Counted from the stretch's first letter, positions 1 through 13,434 are shown. The stretch is 64,000 nucleotides of DNA from an uncultured Bacteriovoracaceae bacterium (GCA_964600235.1 CAZRIV010000008.1:7683-71682), one strand, 5' to 3'. The notes: generated by a model not told the origin, from the letters alone. Made by a program: numbers and translations.

Positions 1-1432
1 AATAGCCTCCCGGAGCACTAAGCCCATCGTGGTCCTCAAGTCGAACACGACCACTGCCGGGAAAAAGGCCGCCATGAGCCATACGGCTGCGCTGAGCAAC
101 GACGATACGATCATCGACACCGCCTTTGAGCGTTCCGGCGTCATCCGCATCGGAAACTACCATGACTTCCTGGCCGTGGTGAAGGCATTCCAGCTCCCCC
201 CCATGAGGGGAAGGAGGGTCATGGTGATGAGCCCTGCCGGCGGGTTCTCGGTCATTACCGCGGACCTGTGCGAAAAGGAGGGGTTCACCTTCGCCGACCC
301 GGGGCAGGATTTCTACAAAGGCCTCCAGTCATTCTCCAATGCCGGGGTCATCAACTTCTCGAATCCCCTCGACATGGGTGACATCTATGATCCGCAGCTC
401 TCCGCCCACGTGATCACCTCTGTCATGCATTCAAACGAGGTGGACGGCGTGCTGTACGTGGGCCAGAGACCGCAGATGCCCTCGGGTGAAAACGTGTTCT
501 ACCGGATGTTCCTCACGGACCTGTCCAAGGAGGCGTGGGGGACGATCCTCTCTTCAGGGAAACCTCTGGGTGTCTGCCTGTTCGGGCCCTCGCGCATGAT
601 CCTCCAGACCAAGAGGACGGTGAACTTCCCGGTGTTCAACAGCGCGGAAGAGATGGTCCGGGCCATGGCGTCCCAGATGAGATTTTATGAACGCCTAAGC
701 AAGCCCTCGGTGGAGAATCCTTTGCCCAAGGGTATCCATACGCGCACGGCCCAGCAGTGGATCAGGGACAAGGCCGGAGATTTCGGGGAAGAGAGCATGG
801 CCCTTTTGCACGCCTTCGGCATCCCCGTAGCCAGGTCCTTTGTGGCCCAAGATCCCGATCAGGCCGTTGTCCTCGCAAAGAAAGCCGGGTTCCCGGTGGT
901 CATGAAGGTGGTATCGCCCGACGCCATCCATAAATCGGACATGGGAGGGGTGATCCTCGGTATCAAGGGGCCTCAACAGGTGAGGCAGGCCTTCCTGAAG
1001 ATCAGGAAAAATCTTCATTCCTATAAGAAAAAGGCTCGATTCGAGGGTATACGGATCTCGGCCATGGCCCGGGATGGCTCAGACATGTTCATAGGCGCCA
1101 AGCATGATCCTTCCTTCGGCCCGGTGGTGTTCTTCGGCATGGGCGGCGTGTTCATCGAGCTGTTCAGGGACGTGATGAGTGTTCTGTGCCCCGCAGGCAC
1201 AAGCGAGGTACGGGAAAAACTCGAACGGCTCAGGTCCGTTGCCCTGCTGAGGGGATACCGGGGTTCAGCGCCGGCCGATATCGACGCATTCGTGGACGCC
1301 GTGGTGAGAGTGTCCCATCTCATGCATACATGCCCGCGGATAGAAGAACTCGACATAAACCCCATCAGGGTGTTCCCCAAAGGGTGCGGGGTCCTCGCCC
1401 TCGATGCCAGGATGAGGATCAGGGGAGGATGA
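1..1432 (+). CDS. Acyl-CoA synthetase (NDP-forming) / acetate--CoA ligase (ADP-forming), C-terminal ~475 aa; 5' end lies outside the window
   Basis: The frame is open back to position 2 with no in-frame stop, and the listed start at 29 is an internal GTG. CoA-binding-domain motif KPIVVLKS..GKKAAMSHTAALS, followed by an ATP-grasp-like C-terminal half. Stop at 1430-1432. Confidence 0.8.
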   Translation, partial: IASRSTKPIVVLKSNTTTAGKKAAMSHTAALSNDDTIIDTAFERSGVIRIGNYHDFLAVVKAFQLPPMRGRRVMVMSPAGGFSVITADLCEKEGFTFADPGQDFYKGLQSFSNAGVINFSNPLDMGDIYDPQLSAHVITSVMHSNEVDGVLYVGQRPQMPSGENVFYRMFLTDLSKEAWGTILSSGKPLGVCLFGPSRMILQTKRTVNFPVFNSAEEMVRAMASQMRFYERLSKPSVENPLPKGIHTRTAQQWIRDKAGDFGEESMALLHAFGIPVARSFVAQDPDQAVVLAKKAGFPVVMKVVSPDAIHKSDMGGVILGIKGPQQVRQAFLKIRKNLHSYKKKARFEGIRISAMARDGSDMFIGAKHDPSFGPVVFFGMGGVFIELFRDVMSVLCPAGTSEVREKLERLRSVALLRGYRGSAPADIDAFVDAVVRVSHLMHTCPRIEELDINPIRVFPKGCGVLALDARMRIRGG

Positions 1433-1453
1433 AGCCCATGTGACCAGGGGGCA

Positions 1454-1906
1454 TCAAACAGTCACATCTATCCGGGTGAATGACGAGCTTGACAGCGTTT
1501 TATATTTCCGGATGACGGACAACAGGTCACTGGAACTCATAGATACCAAGTCTATGTTCTTAACGGAAGAAGATGTCAGAGAAGAAAAGTTGCTTTCCGT
1601 TGCCTCTGACTCATCAACGGCGAGGATCATATTAACGAGACCATAGCTGTGCCTTATGAGGTTCATGTTTGATGCAGAAAGTAAAACATCAGACATGGAA
1701 CTTCCGCTGGTTTTCGATGTGCTGCTCAGGGAACTCAGGAGGGATGTTATCTTGTTCTGCGCTTCAGGTGATATGCTGACCGTATCTTTAATGCCCGAAT
1801 CCGAAATGCCGCTTTTCAGTATTTTATAGAGATATGAAGGGTAAGACTCCCCCATACCTGACAGATATCTTGAAAGAATGGCGCTGATACTGCTGATACT
1901 TGACAT
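1454..1906 (-). CDS. Hypothetical Ser-rich low-complexity protein (AT-rich island)
   Basis: 150-aa ORF in the low-GC segment with extreme Ser/Leu bias and no recognisable domain. It may be the continuation of the 1935-2255 ORF in a different frame. Confidence 0.3.
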   Translation of the reverse strand: MSSISSISAILSRYLSGMGESYPSYLYKILKSGISDSGIKDTVSISPEAQNKITSLLSSLSSTSKTSGSSMSDVLLSASNMNLIRHSYGLVNMILAVDESEATESNFSSLTSSSVKNIDLVSMSSSDLLSVIRKYKTLSSSSFTRIDVTV

Positions 1907-1934
1907 GTCTTGCCTCTTTATCTCTTTATCTCTT

Positions 1935-2255
1935 TTATACGGTTATGTTGATCATCCTGGGCATGCCGGCGGCACTCGTGCCTGCCTCGCCCTTGGAATC
2001 GTATTGCGCAGGCATGTTCTGTGATGCCGTTTCATCAGGATGCATCAGTTCGTACAGATATGCTTCCAGTGCGGAGACAACGCCATCTTTGTTCAAGTCT
2101 CTGACATCGTACGTTTCACTGCTGCTGCCTGATATGCTTCCTGTGAAAGGTGATCTCTGCAGGTTTTCCGTAGTTCCTTGGTGCGTAGTGGTTAAAATCT
2201 TCGTAGTAGGAGTTGTCCCCAAACCTTTCATGGCAGACATGAATTGAATATTCAT
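1935..2255 (-). CDS. Hypothetical protein with EF-hand-like Ca-binding loop (DLNKDGVVSALE)
   Basis: 106-aa ORF. The 12-residue loop matches the EF-hand/dockerin consensus DxNxDGxIxxxE. It sits in the low-GC island. Confidence 0.35.
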   Translation of the reverse strand: MNIQFMSAMKGLGTTPTTKILTTTHQGTTENLQRSPFTGSISGSSSETYDVRDLNKDGVVSALEAYLYELMHPDETASQNMPAQYDSKGEAGTSAAGMPRMINITV

Positions 2256-2942
2256 ACCAGAAACCCCTTACGGCTTTGTCACTGTCCCATGCCTTTTAGA
2301 GTCTCAAAATATGGGTTTAGATGCAAGAGAAACCTTGAACGACATACTATCGGCCTCGATATTCAGAAATCATTCAGGTAATACTCAGCGTCTCATCGTC
2401 AGAGCAAAAAAAATCAGGACCGTTGGCGGTCCTGAAAATGAGGAGGTTCTATTGGGGAATTACTTGAAGAACCTATATTGTTCATCGGCGTGAATCGGAT
2501 TCCCATTAGCCCCTCCTGCCGGATTTTTTATGACAGGCATGACTGGAAACAGAACAATGGCCCATCAGGGACAGCCAGAGGCTTTACATCTCTTCATGAC
2601 AGATCAACGGCTTTAACGGACCAGTTAAAACAATTCCGTCCACTGCAGATTATCCGGTTAATGCACTCCTGAAAACCCGGGTGCGTACGGACACAAACAG
2701 ACGCACAAGCAAGCGGTTAATAATGACAAGAGCGGATGCAGAAAAGGACTCGCGGGTTACCGGCCAGGCCTGTTTGCATATGAACAGCTACCTGAGAACC
2801 CGGACAAGTGCGTGAAGGGTATCATTTCAGTTTAAAACGGTTCCGGGCAGCAGGAGCGGTGCGCACCCGGAACGATACCCCCCCCTGAACATGGGCCTGG
2901 ACCGTATCGATGCTTTCCTATGAATCCGCCGGTATCGGTTCT

Positions 2943-3368
2943 TTACTGAACCGCTTTTTCGACCGCCGTGTCCACGGCCTTTTCGACGGCCTTCTCTTTC
3001 GTCTTCTTCACCTTCTCATCAATGGTCTTTTTCTCCAGGACCAGTACTTTCTCGGCATTCATGGTGCCGGCTGCCAGGGAGACCTTCACCTTATAGCCGA
3101 CCTTGAGCTTTTTGAGGTGCTTCTGCTTCACGGTTATGGTCTGGTCCTTTACGAGAATCGTCTTTGCCGCCGTGTCGATTTTCTTGATGGTGCCGATGAC
3201 GGTCTCACCGGTAACGGCCTTCACCGCCTCGGTCGTCAGGACATCCGTCGCCTGTGCAGCGGCTGCGGCTGCAGGTGTTGCCGCAGGGGCCGGCGCATCT
3301 GCGCCGAAGACCAGTGTGGAAAAACACGCCAGTACCAGTACCACTGTAATGCAACTGAGTATCTTCAT
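2943..3368 (-). CDS. Secreted Lys/Ala-rich hypothetical protein (signal peptide)
   Basis: N-terminal MKILSCITVVLVLACFSTLVFGADA signal peptide, then a charged repetitive KxK/EKAV region. GC is normal for the genome, unlike its flanks. Confidence 0.5.
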   Translation of the reverse strand: MKILSCITVVLVLACFSTLVFGADAPAPAATPAAAAAAQATDVLTTEAVKAVTGETVIGTIKKIDTAAKTILVKDQTITVKQKHLKKLKVGYKVKVSLAAGTMNAEKVLVLEKKTIDEKVKKTKEKAVEKAVDTAVEKAVQ

Positions 3369-3766
3369 TGAACGCTCCCCCCTGAGATTCTGTTATGGCA
3401 CACAGCATACCATATGTGGGTCGTGCTATGAACAGGGTAAGATCATCTACTCTTATTCTATGCTCCTGAAGCTGAAGAACACGGGTTACGCCGTCTGGTA
3501 CTCCTGTTTATCAACTGCATAAAATCCCTGGTTTCGCAGTAACGTTGTGCGTCCTGATGAAACTCTGTTATTTTTGGAACAGCATCAATCGCGACTCAGG
3601 AATAATCACTATATATTTCTGTAGGTTAAATTATCAAAGATACGCGACAAAAGGATCTGAGACCCCCTTGATTTTCACCAGGTGAACGTTATTATAAAAT
3701 TTATCATCTACCTTCATTTTTTTACGATAGAAGCCAGTTATCTAGAGAAAGAAAAGGGGGTAGCCA

Positions 3767-4150
3767 ATGATCATGAAAAAGACGTTACTCGTGTCCCTTT
3801 TTATCTTTGTGCCATTGGTAACTCATGCACTTCCAATGAACGATCTGCCGAGCATGAACTCGAATACAACGTTGTTCTTCTTCAATACGATGTATTCCAG
3901 TAGATTGTTTGATATGTTCTCTCATGAACCATCCTTGCCCGCAAGCATTACCGCCCCAAGGCCAAACCATGATATACTTGCTGAGAGCCTGCATCAGCAA
4001 CCATCCCAGCCATTACGGCTCAATGAATCTCTTGATATAAATAATGACCAGGCCACGAACCAACCAGCACCTATTCCTGAACCGTCTACCTTGTTACTCT
4101 TAGGTTGTGGCCTGATCGGTCTTGCCGGATTGAGAAAGAAGACGAAATAG
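3767..4150 (+). CDS. PEP-CTERM sorting-domain protein (exosortase substrate)
   Basis: N-terminal signal peptide. The C-terminus PIPEPSTLLLLGCGLIGLAGLRKKTK is the PEP motif plus a TM helix plus an Arg/Lys cluster. RBS GGGGG lies upstream of ATG 3767. Confidence 0.7.
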   Translation: MIMKKTLLVSLFIFVPLVTHALPMNDLPSMNSNTTLFFFNTMYSSRLFDMFSHEPSLPASITAPRPNHDILAESLHQQPSQPLRLNESLDINNDQATNQPAPIPEPSTLLLLGCGLIGLAGLRKKTK

Positions 4151-4316
4151 CAACTGTTCTTGCAACAGGCGGCTCTGGAGGCAGGAACATAATCATCCCT
4201 GTCTTTTTATGTTTCTGCGGGAAAAAATGGGGCTTTGCCGTTAATGCTACTGCTATGTAAACGATGTGTCCAAGATCCTCAAAGGTCTCATGCTAGGGAT
4301 TCGCCCCTTGAAATAC

Positions 4317-5234
4317 TCATAACTTTTTCCGCGCAGGCTTCTTCCCATCATCCTTGAGGTCCCGAGCATTTGCGGCTATCCTGGCGACCTTGCCCAGGGT
4401 ATCTCGAATAGGGTACAGCTTGATCACCAGGGGCCTTCCTGCGGGAACAGCCACCAGTTCAAGGGGCTTGCCGGTGAAAATTACCTGGTCCATCGCCTCC
4501 TTTGCCTGGGCTGCAGCCATCCCCGGCATCTCCATGAATATATTCGAACCCTTGAGCTTTTTCACGCTTTTGCCGAACCTTCGGGCCGCAGGCTCGTTGA
4601 TGGCGATCACGTTCCCTGAGGTATCCAGGATCAGCGAGGTGTCATTGCTTGCATCCAGGAGCACCTGAGCGGTCTCCTGGCTCTCCCGGATCCTCTTTTC
4701 GCGCTCTATGCGGTCGCTGATATCCCTGGCGACGCAGATAAGTTCCGTTGTCCTGCCTCTGCGCTTCAGCGGGATACGGCTCAGCTCGCCGAACTTTATC
4801 TTCCCGTCCTTGGTAATGAACCGGTGAATGTTGTAGTAAACGCCTTTCCCGGCAAATGCCGTCAGGGAATCTTCCAGTGCGTCGCTCAAGTCTTCCGGGT
4901 GGAGTATGGCCAGGTCATAGAAGTACCTCCCCACCAGCTCTTCGGGTTTGAACCCGATCAGCCGCTCGACATTGTCCGAAACGCTCAAGATCTTCAGATT
5001 GAGGTCATAGGAGAACATGACATCATTGGTCATGGAGAAAAGGAGCTGGTATTTCTGATCGGCCTCGCGCACCGAAACTACTTCCTTCTTCAGCTCCGCG
5101 ACCTGACTCTTCAGCTCCAGTATCATCTTGTGGGCCTCACTCAGTTCGACGGCAAGCTCATCCCTCGTCAGGTTCCCGTATCTCATTGCAAAACCTCCAT
5201 TGATAATTCCATGGACTATATTAATCCTGCCCAT
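4317..5234 (-). CDS. PAS-domain sensor protein (two PAS-like segments, no output domain)
   Basis: Coiled-coil N-terminus, then PAS-like blocks (e.g. ...FSYDLNLKILSVSDNVERLIGFKPEELVGRYFYDL...). The true start may be the internal MRYGNLT. Confidence 0.7.
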   Translation of the reverse strand: MGRINIVHGIINGGFAMRYGNLTRDELAVELSEAHKMILELKSQVAELKKEVVSVREADQKYQLLFSMTNDVMFSYDLNLKILSVSDNVERLIGFKPEELVGRYFYDLAILHPEDLSDALEDSLTAFAGKGVYYNIHRFITKDGKIKFGELSRIPLKRRGRTTELICVARDISDRIEREKRIRESQETAQVLLDASNDTSLILDTSGNVIAINEPAARRFGKSVKKLKGSNIFMEMPGMAAAQAKEAMDQVIFTGKPLELVAVPAGRPLVIKLYPIRDTLGKVARIAANARDLKDDGKKPARKKL

Positions 5235-5440
5235 GGGAAGTCAAGCATCGGAATATGATGAGTTGTTAAAAATTTATCTTGATACTTGGAAACCAAAGGT
5301 ATATGTGGGCGCCGTAAGGTTACAAGATCTCACACAAAGGAGCAGTTCATGAGGATGTTCTTCACCGCAGGAATCGTAGTATATGCCTTCCTGGTCTTTC
5401 TCTCCTGGATCTAATCCGAGCATAACTTCCCCGCTATAAT

Positions 5441-8655
<3,215 letters not shown>

Positions 8656-8659
<4 letters not shown>

Positions 8660-9777
8660 TGCGCGGCCTCTGCCTCGATCATACCTCCGTCAGTTGCCTT
8701 CTGGACGCCTGCAGTGATGATCCGCTCATGGGGCTTCAGGCCCGAGAGGACCTCTACGCCCGTCTCTGTAACCCTGCCTTCCCTGATGAGGCGGTAGGTT
8801 ATGACGCCCCCTTCCCCCACCACATACACGCCCGTGAGCTGGCCCTTGCGGATAATGGCGTTATCCGGGATGATGAGTACATCCCTCTTCCCCACGGGGA
8901 TCTTCACCCGCGCGAACAGCCCGCTCTTGAGCCCCTCCTCCGGAATGTCTATCTTGATGGTAAAGGTCCTGGTGCTCGGGCTGATGTCCGGCAGGACTTC
9001 GCGGATGGTTCCTTTCAGGTGTCTGCCCTGGGAATCGATGACAACCTCTGCAGGCATCCCTGCCCGGATCTTCCCGCTGAGACCCTCGTCAATGGCCGCT
9101 TCCACATAGGCATCGCCGAGTGCCTCGATGACGAGAAGCGGCATACCGGGCGATGCCATGCTGCCCTCATCGATCTGCTTACTGGTCACCACGCCATCCA
9201 CCGGTGAGGTTATGCGGGCGAAGGCCAGGAAGGTCTTGGCCTCCTCGGCCATGGCCCGCGTGCGCTCATAATCGGCATTGGCGACATTGCGCCTGGTCTC
9301 AACCTGGTCCATGTCCTGCTTCGAGATGATCTTCTGCTCGTGGAGGTTGTGGTACCGTTTCCAGGTTATCTCGTTCAGGTCTTTATTCTGGCGTGCAGCC
9401 TCCAGAGCCATGGCAGCGGCATGAGACCGTTCCCGTGCATCCTTGTCATCGATGGTGAGCAGCAGCTGGCCTGCCTTTACCTGTTCGCCCTCCCGGACCT
9501 TCAGCGAGGTGACGACCCCCATGACACGGCTCGCGATGGTGCTGGTGCTCTCGGACCTGATGGTGCCTGAGGTCTCGTACACATCGTCCGTCTGGGTCGC
9601 GGCAACGGTGCTTACGGTTACCCCGGTTACATGAGGCCTTGCAACGTTCTGCTCCCCGGCCTCTTCCCGGCACCCGGACAGGGAACCAGCTACTATGGCC
9701 AAACATGCGGCCAGGCAGAATACCTGCAGGGAGCGGCCCTGAAATACCTTCATGAAATTCTTCCTGTTTCCACTCAT
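8656..9777 (-). CDS. Efflux RND transporter periplasmic adaptor subunit (MFP/HlyD family, lipoprotein)
   Basis: Lipobox LSGC, a coiled-coil hairpin and beta-barrel segments typical of membrane-fusion proteins. ATGA overlap with the RND gene. No outer-membrane factor is in the operon. Confidence 0.9.
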
Positions 9778-10351
9778 ATGAAACTCCCTGTGGCGCTTCT
9801 GCCGCGATCCCTCATGACCTAATCCCTTGAGAGACCAAGAAACGGTCGAAGCATTACATGCATGGCGTTTGTCCTTTGTATCAAATCATCTTTGAGATCA
9901 AATCCATACACCTTACACACCTTTATAATTGACTGACCCGGTTAATTCAATATCCGCCCATATGGATTTCCATGCAGTCTCTCTGAAAAGGGCTCCTTCG
10001 GCCTTGATATGTATCATCATATTGAAAGGCCTCCTTGTTATACTAAGACCTCTCATTCCGTATGGCATTGATATACATCAACATCCATGCCCTCCAGGGG
10101 TATCCGCTCCATTAGGCCTTGGGCTTCTGATCCGTGGAATGACAGGTGGATGAACGGTCACGCAGGCATTGAGAACCGGGATTGACTGAGAAGGTTACGC
10201 CTCTTTCTGAGAACTGCGCCCTCCCCCGGCTCTCCCCGTCAATTTTCAGGGAGAGGTCCGGGAGAGGTGATGTGTCATATACCTCTCAGATACTGTTGCC
10301 AGGTGGTGCGCAAGCTGTGATCAGGAGATCAATCTGCACTCGGTCCGGCCT

Positions 10352-10960
10352 TCAGTCGGATTCCATGGAGGTCTTCCATACCTCCCAGACCTTGCCCACG
10401 AGGTCGGGCCCGGGTTTGAGCGTGAGCTTGCCCGGTTTCCAGCCAGACGGCGTGGCCTCGGTGCCCTTGCTGTTCCGCACATACTGGAAGGCCTGGATCT
10501 GGCGGAACGTCTCGCTCACGTTCCTGCCCACCGGCGGGGTGAGCACCTCGTAGCCCTGGATGACACCGTCCGGGTCGATGAGGAACCTGCCGCGCATCTC
10601 CACGCCGGCGTCCGGGTCGTACACCCCGTATACGCTCCCCACCCGCCCTCCACCATCTGCGAGCATGGCAAAGGGCACTCCGCCCTTGACCATCTTTGAA
10701 AGCTCGTGGTCGTTCCACATCTTGTGCACGAACACGCTGTCAACGCTCATGGAGAAGACCTCCACCCCGAGCTTGACGAATTCAGGATATCTCTCGGCAA
10801 CTGCCGAGACCTCGGTGGCTCAGACAAAGGTGAAGTCACCCGGGTAGAAGCAGAGCACCACCCACTTGCCGAGATAGTCGGAAAGCTTCACCTGCACGAA
10901 CTTGCCCTTCAAATATGCCGGGGCAGTGAAATCAGGGGCCTTGCCCCCCACCTTGATCAT
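10352..10960 (-). CDS. Peroxiredoxin (AhpC/TSA family) with in-frame UGA (putative selenocysteine) at the peroxidatic-Cys position; UGA at 10820-10822
   Basis: The two listed ORFs (10820-11236 and 10352-10765) are in the same frame. Read-through gives ...[16 protein letters not shown][UGA][35 protein letters not shown]..., which aligns to AhpC ...FYPADFTFVCPTE..., so the UGA sits exactly on the Cp. Strong RBS (AAAGGAGG) 8 nt before ATG 10960 ([11 protein letters not shown]...). A SECIS-like hairpin lies 10 nt downstream of the UGA. The resolving Cys is replaced by Ser (TPSGWKPG vs VCPAKWKEG). Confidence 0.75.
10788..10812 (-). promoter_or_regulatory. Putative bacterial SECIS hairpin for the peroxiredoxin UGA
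   Basis: On the mRNA: UGA-GCCACCGAGG-UCUCGGC-AGUU-GCCGAGA. This is a perfect 7-bp stem starting 10 nt after the UGA, with a 4-nt apical loop containing GU. Confidence 0.45.
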
Positions 10961-11143
10961 AACCTTTGCCTCCTTTCGTGGACCCTCCTGTACGGGAGGT
11001 GCAGCCTCAGGTTCCCCGCCCACCGGCCCGCCTGTCGGCCTGGCGCACCCTGCCTTGATCTCTTCAGGCATAACGAACCTCCTTTCCTGTGCATCTCTGT
11101 ACATGAAACCGGCCCCCGTATGCTGAAAGGGACCTGTTTTATG

Positions 11144-11158
11144 ATTCAATACATGAAT
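11144..11158. promoter_or_regulatory. Inverted repeat ATTCA-N5-TGAAT in the prx promoter region (candidate PerR/Fur-family operator)
   Basis: Perfect 5+5 inverted repeat inside an AT-rich Fur-box-like context (TTATGATTCAATACATGAATAA), between the divergent prx and perR genes. Confidence 0.3.
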
Positions 11159-11229
11159 AAGTATAGCCCTTACATGCTCAAAGGCAATACCCGGAGCAAC
11201 GATAATTTGACTTATAAAGCAAGAATCTC

Positions 11230-11280
11230 TTGACATCCTGATAAGAAATAGTTAGATTTTTTAAATAATCATTCTTCATA
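11230..11280 (+). promoter_or_regulatory. Putative sigma-70 promoter of perR (TTGACA-17-TAGATT) with a Fur-box-like site AATAATCATTCTT immediately downstream
   Basis: Perfect -35 TTGACA at 11230-11235, a 17-nt spacer, then TAGATT at 11253-11258. AATAATCATTC at 11264-11276 resembles the Fur/PerR half-site ATAATCATTATC, consistent with autoregulation. Confidence 0.4.
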
Positions 11281-11310
11281 AACCGTATGCCACGAACGAG
11301 GTGAGAGCCC

Positions 11311-11769
11311 GTGAAACAACACCAGAGCGCCACACAGTGTTCCCGGCGTCTTGAGCAGATGCTCTCCAAGCTGAAAGAGCGGAGCTACCGCCTCACGCCC
11401 CAACGCATGGCCGTGCTCGAGATCCTCGCATCCAGCGAAGGACACCCCACCGTTGCCCAGGTCTATGAAACGGTCAGGGCCAAGTTCCCCACCACGAGCC
11501 TTGCTACGGTCTACAAGACAATCATCCTCCTGAAGGAGCTGGGCGAGGTCCTGGAGCTGGGCTTCCCGGACGGCAGCAACCGCTACGACGGCGCCAGGCC
11601 GGAGCCCCACCCCCACATCATCTGCACGAGGTGCAGAAAGATCATGGACCCTGAGCTTTCCAGCATTGACCACCTCAGCGAGGAGATGAAGAAAAAGACC
11701 GGCTATGCCATCGAGTACCACCGCATGGACTTCTTCGGCCTCTGCCCAGCCTGCCAGAAAGGGAACTGA
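11311..11769 (+). CDS. perR: Fur-family transcriptional regulator, PerR-like (peroxide-responsive repressor)
   Basis: Fur-family fold: winged-helix N-terminus (LTPQRMAVLEILA...), a C-terminal metal site with CTRC...CPAC. It lies divergent to the peroxiredoxin and directly upstream of catalase. GTG start. Confidence 0.85.
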   Translation: MKQHQSATQCSRRLEQMLSKLKERSYRLTPQRMAVLEILASSEGHPTVAQVYETVRAKFPTTSLATVYKTIILLKELGEVLELGFPDGSNRYDGARPEPHPHIICTRCRKIMDPELSSIDHLSEEMKKKTGYAIEYHRMDFFGLCPACQKGN

Positions 11770-11885
11770 TTTTTTTTCACTTTACTTAAGAATCATTATC
11801 CGTTAATAGTGATATTCTTCTAAGCTTGATTATCATCCTGAGCCTATTACTATAGCAAAGGTCCATACAGAGAAAGGAGGACGAA

Positions 11886-13370
11886 ATGGCGAAAAAGGAA
11901 AACCCGAACAAGGATAAAAAGAAACTGACTACCAGAAGCGGCGCACCCGTGGTGGACAACCAGAACGTTCTGACCGCCGGGCCGAGGGGGCCTCAGCTCT
12001 TGCAGGATGTCTGGTTCCTCGAGAAACTGGCCCACTTCGACCGGGAGGTGATCCCTGAACGGCGCATGCACGCCAAGGGGTCCGGGGCCTATGGCACCTT
12101 CACCGTCACCCATGACATCACCAGGTACACAAAGGCCAAGATCTTTTCCAGGATCGGCAAGAAGACCGACTGCTTCATCCGCTTCTCCACCGTGGCGGGT
12201 GAACGCGGGGCAGCGGACGCTGAGCGGGACATCCGCGGTTTCGCCATGAAGTTCTACACCGAAGAGGGCAACTGGGACCTGGTGGGCAACAACACGCCGG
12301 TCTTCTTCCTGCGCGACCCGCTCAAATTCCCTGATCTGAACCACGCGGTGAAGCGCGACCCACGCACCAACCTGCGGAGCGCTCTGAACAACTGGGACTT
12401 CTGGACTTCCCTGCCCGAGGCGCTCCACCAGGTGACCATCGTCATGAGCGACCGGGGGATACCAGCAACCTACCGCCACATGCACGGCTTCGGGAGCCAC
12501 ACCTTCAGCTTCATCAACGCGAAGAACCAGCGTTACTGGGTGAAGTTTCACCTGCACACGCAGCAGGGCATCAGGAACCTCACCGATGAAGAGGCCGAGG
12601 CCGCCATCGGCAAGTGCAGGGAAAGCCACCAGCGCGACCTGTACAATGCAATCGAGAAAGGCGATTTTCCCCGCTGGACCTTCTCTGTCCAGATCATGAC
12701 GGAGAAGGAGGCCCAGGCATGCCCCTACAACCCCTTTGACCTGACCAAGGTCTGGTACCACAAGGATTATCCGCTCATCGAGGTGGGTGTTCTGGAACTG
12801 AACCGCAACCCGGAGAACTATTTTGCCGAGGTGGAGCAGTCCGCCTTCAACCCGGCCCACGTGGTCCCGGGCATCGGCTTCTCGCCGGACAAGATGCTCC
12901 AGGGCAGGCTCTTCTCCTATGGCGACGCCCAGCGCTACCGCCTGGGCGTAAACCACGACCAGATCCCGGTCAATGCGCCACGCTGCCCCTACCACAGCTA
13001 TCACCGGGACGGCGCCATGAGGGTGGACGGCAACTACGGCAGCACGCTGGGCTACGAGCCCAACAGCTTCGGCGAGTGGCAGGAACAGCCCGAGTTCAGC
13101 GAACCGCCGCTGAAGCTCTCGGGAGATGCCTACCACTGGGATTTCCGTGAGGACGATGACGACTACTACACCCAGCCGGGCAAGCTCTTCCGCCTCATGA
13201 CCCCCAAGCAGAAGAAGGCGCTCTTCGAGAACACGGCCCGGGCCATGGGCGACGCCCCCAGGGAGATCAAGTTCCGCCACATCAGAAACTGCTTGAAGGC
13301 TGACCCGGCATACGGCAAGGGCGTGGCCGACGCTCTGGCCATTGACCTGAAGAAGGTGCCCAAGGACTAG
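11886..13370 (+). CDS. katA: Monofunctional heme catalase
   Basis: Canonical catalase motifs (RERIPERVVHAKG-like [34 protein letters not shown], a distal His and a proximal Tyr region), 494 aa. RBS GAAAGGAGG lies before the ATG. Confidence 0.97.
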   Translation: MAKKENPNKDKKKLTTRSGAPVVDNQNVLTAGPRGPQLLQDVWFLEKLAHFDREVIPERRMHAKGSGAYGTFTVTHDITRYTKAKIFSRIGKKTDCFIRFSTVAGERGAADAERDIRGFAMKFYTEEGNWDLVGNNTPVFFLRDPLKFPDLNHAVKRDPRTNLRSALNNWDFWTSLPEALHQVTIVMSDRGIPATYRHMHGFGSHTFSFINAKNQRYWVKFHLHTQQGIRNLTDEEAEAAIGKCRESHQRDLYNAIEKGDFPRWTFSVQIMTEKEAQACPYNPFDLTKVWYHKDYPLIEVGVLELNRNPENYFAEVEQSAFNPAHVVPGIGFSPDKMLQGRLFSYGDAQRYRLGVNHDQIPVNAPRCPYHSYHRDGAMRVDGNYGSTLGYEPNSFGEWQEQPEFSEPPLKLSGDAYHWDFREDDDDYYTQPGKLFRLMTPKQKKALFENTARAMGDAPREIKFRHIRNCLKADPAYGKGVADALAIDLKKVPKD

Positions 13371-13396
13371 AAAGACAAAGGGAATACGATGAACAC

Positions 13397-13434
13397 GCGG
13401 CAGCAGGCTCATGCCAGCTGCCGCCTGTTTTTTA
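13397..13434. terminator. Rho-independent terminator (bidirectional, between convergent katA and the radical-SAM gene)
   Basis: GCGGCAGC-12 nt loop-GCTGCCGC followed by CTGTTTTTTAT. Confidence 0.6.

Noticed and set aside
29-31. GTG at 29 as start of the acyl-CoA synthetase
   Set aside because: The reading frame stays open to the window edge, and the upstream residues (KPIVVLKS) are part of the conserved CoA-binding domain. The gene starts outside the window.
2925-2960. Hairpin CGGTTC-6-GAACCG followed by a T-run near 2936-2959
   Set aside because: It overlaps the stop codon of the minus-strand gene and is oriented as a plus-strand terminator with no plus-strand gene upstream, so it is probably fortuitous.
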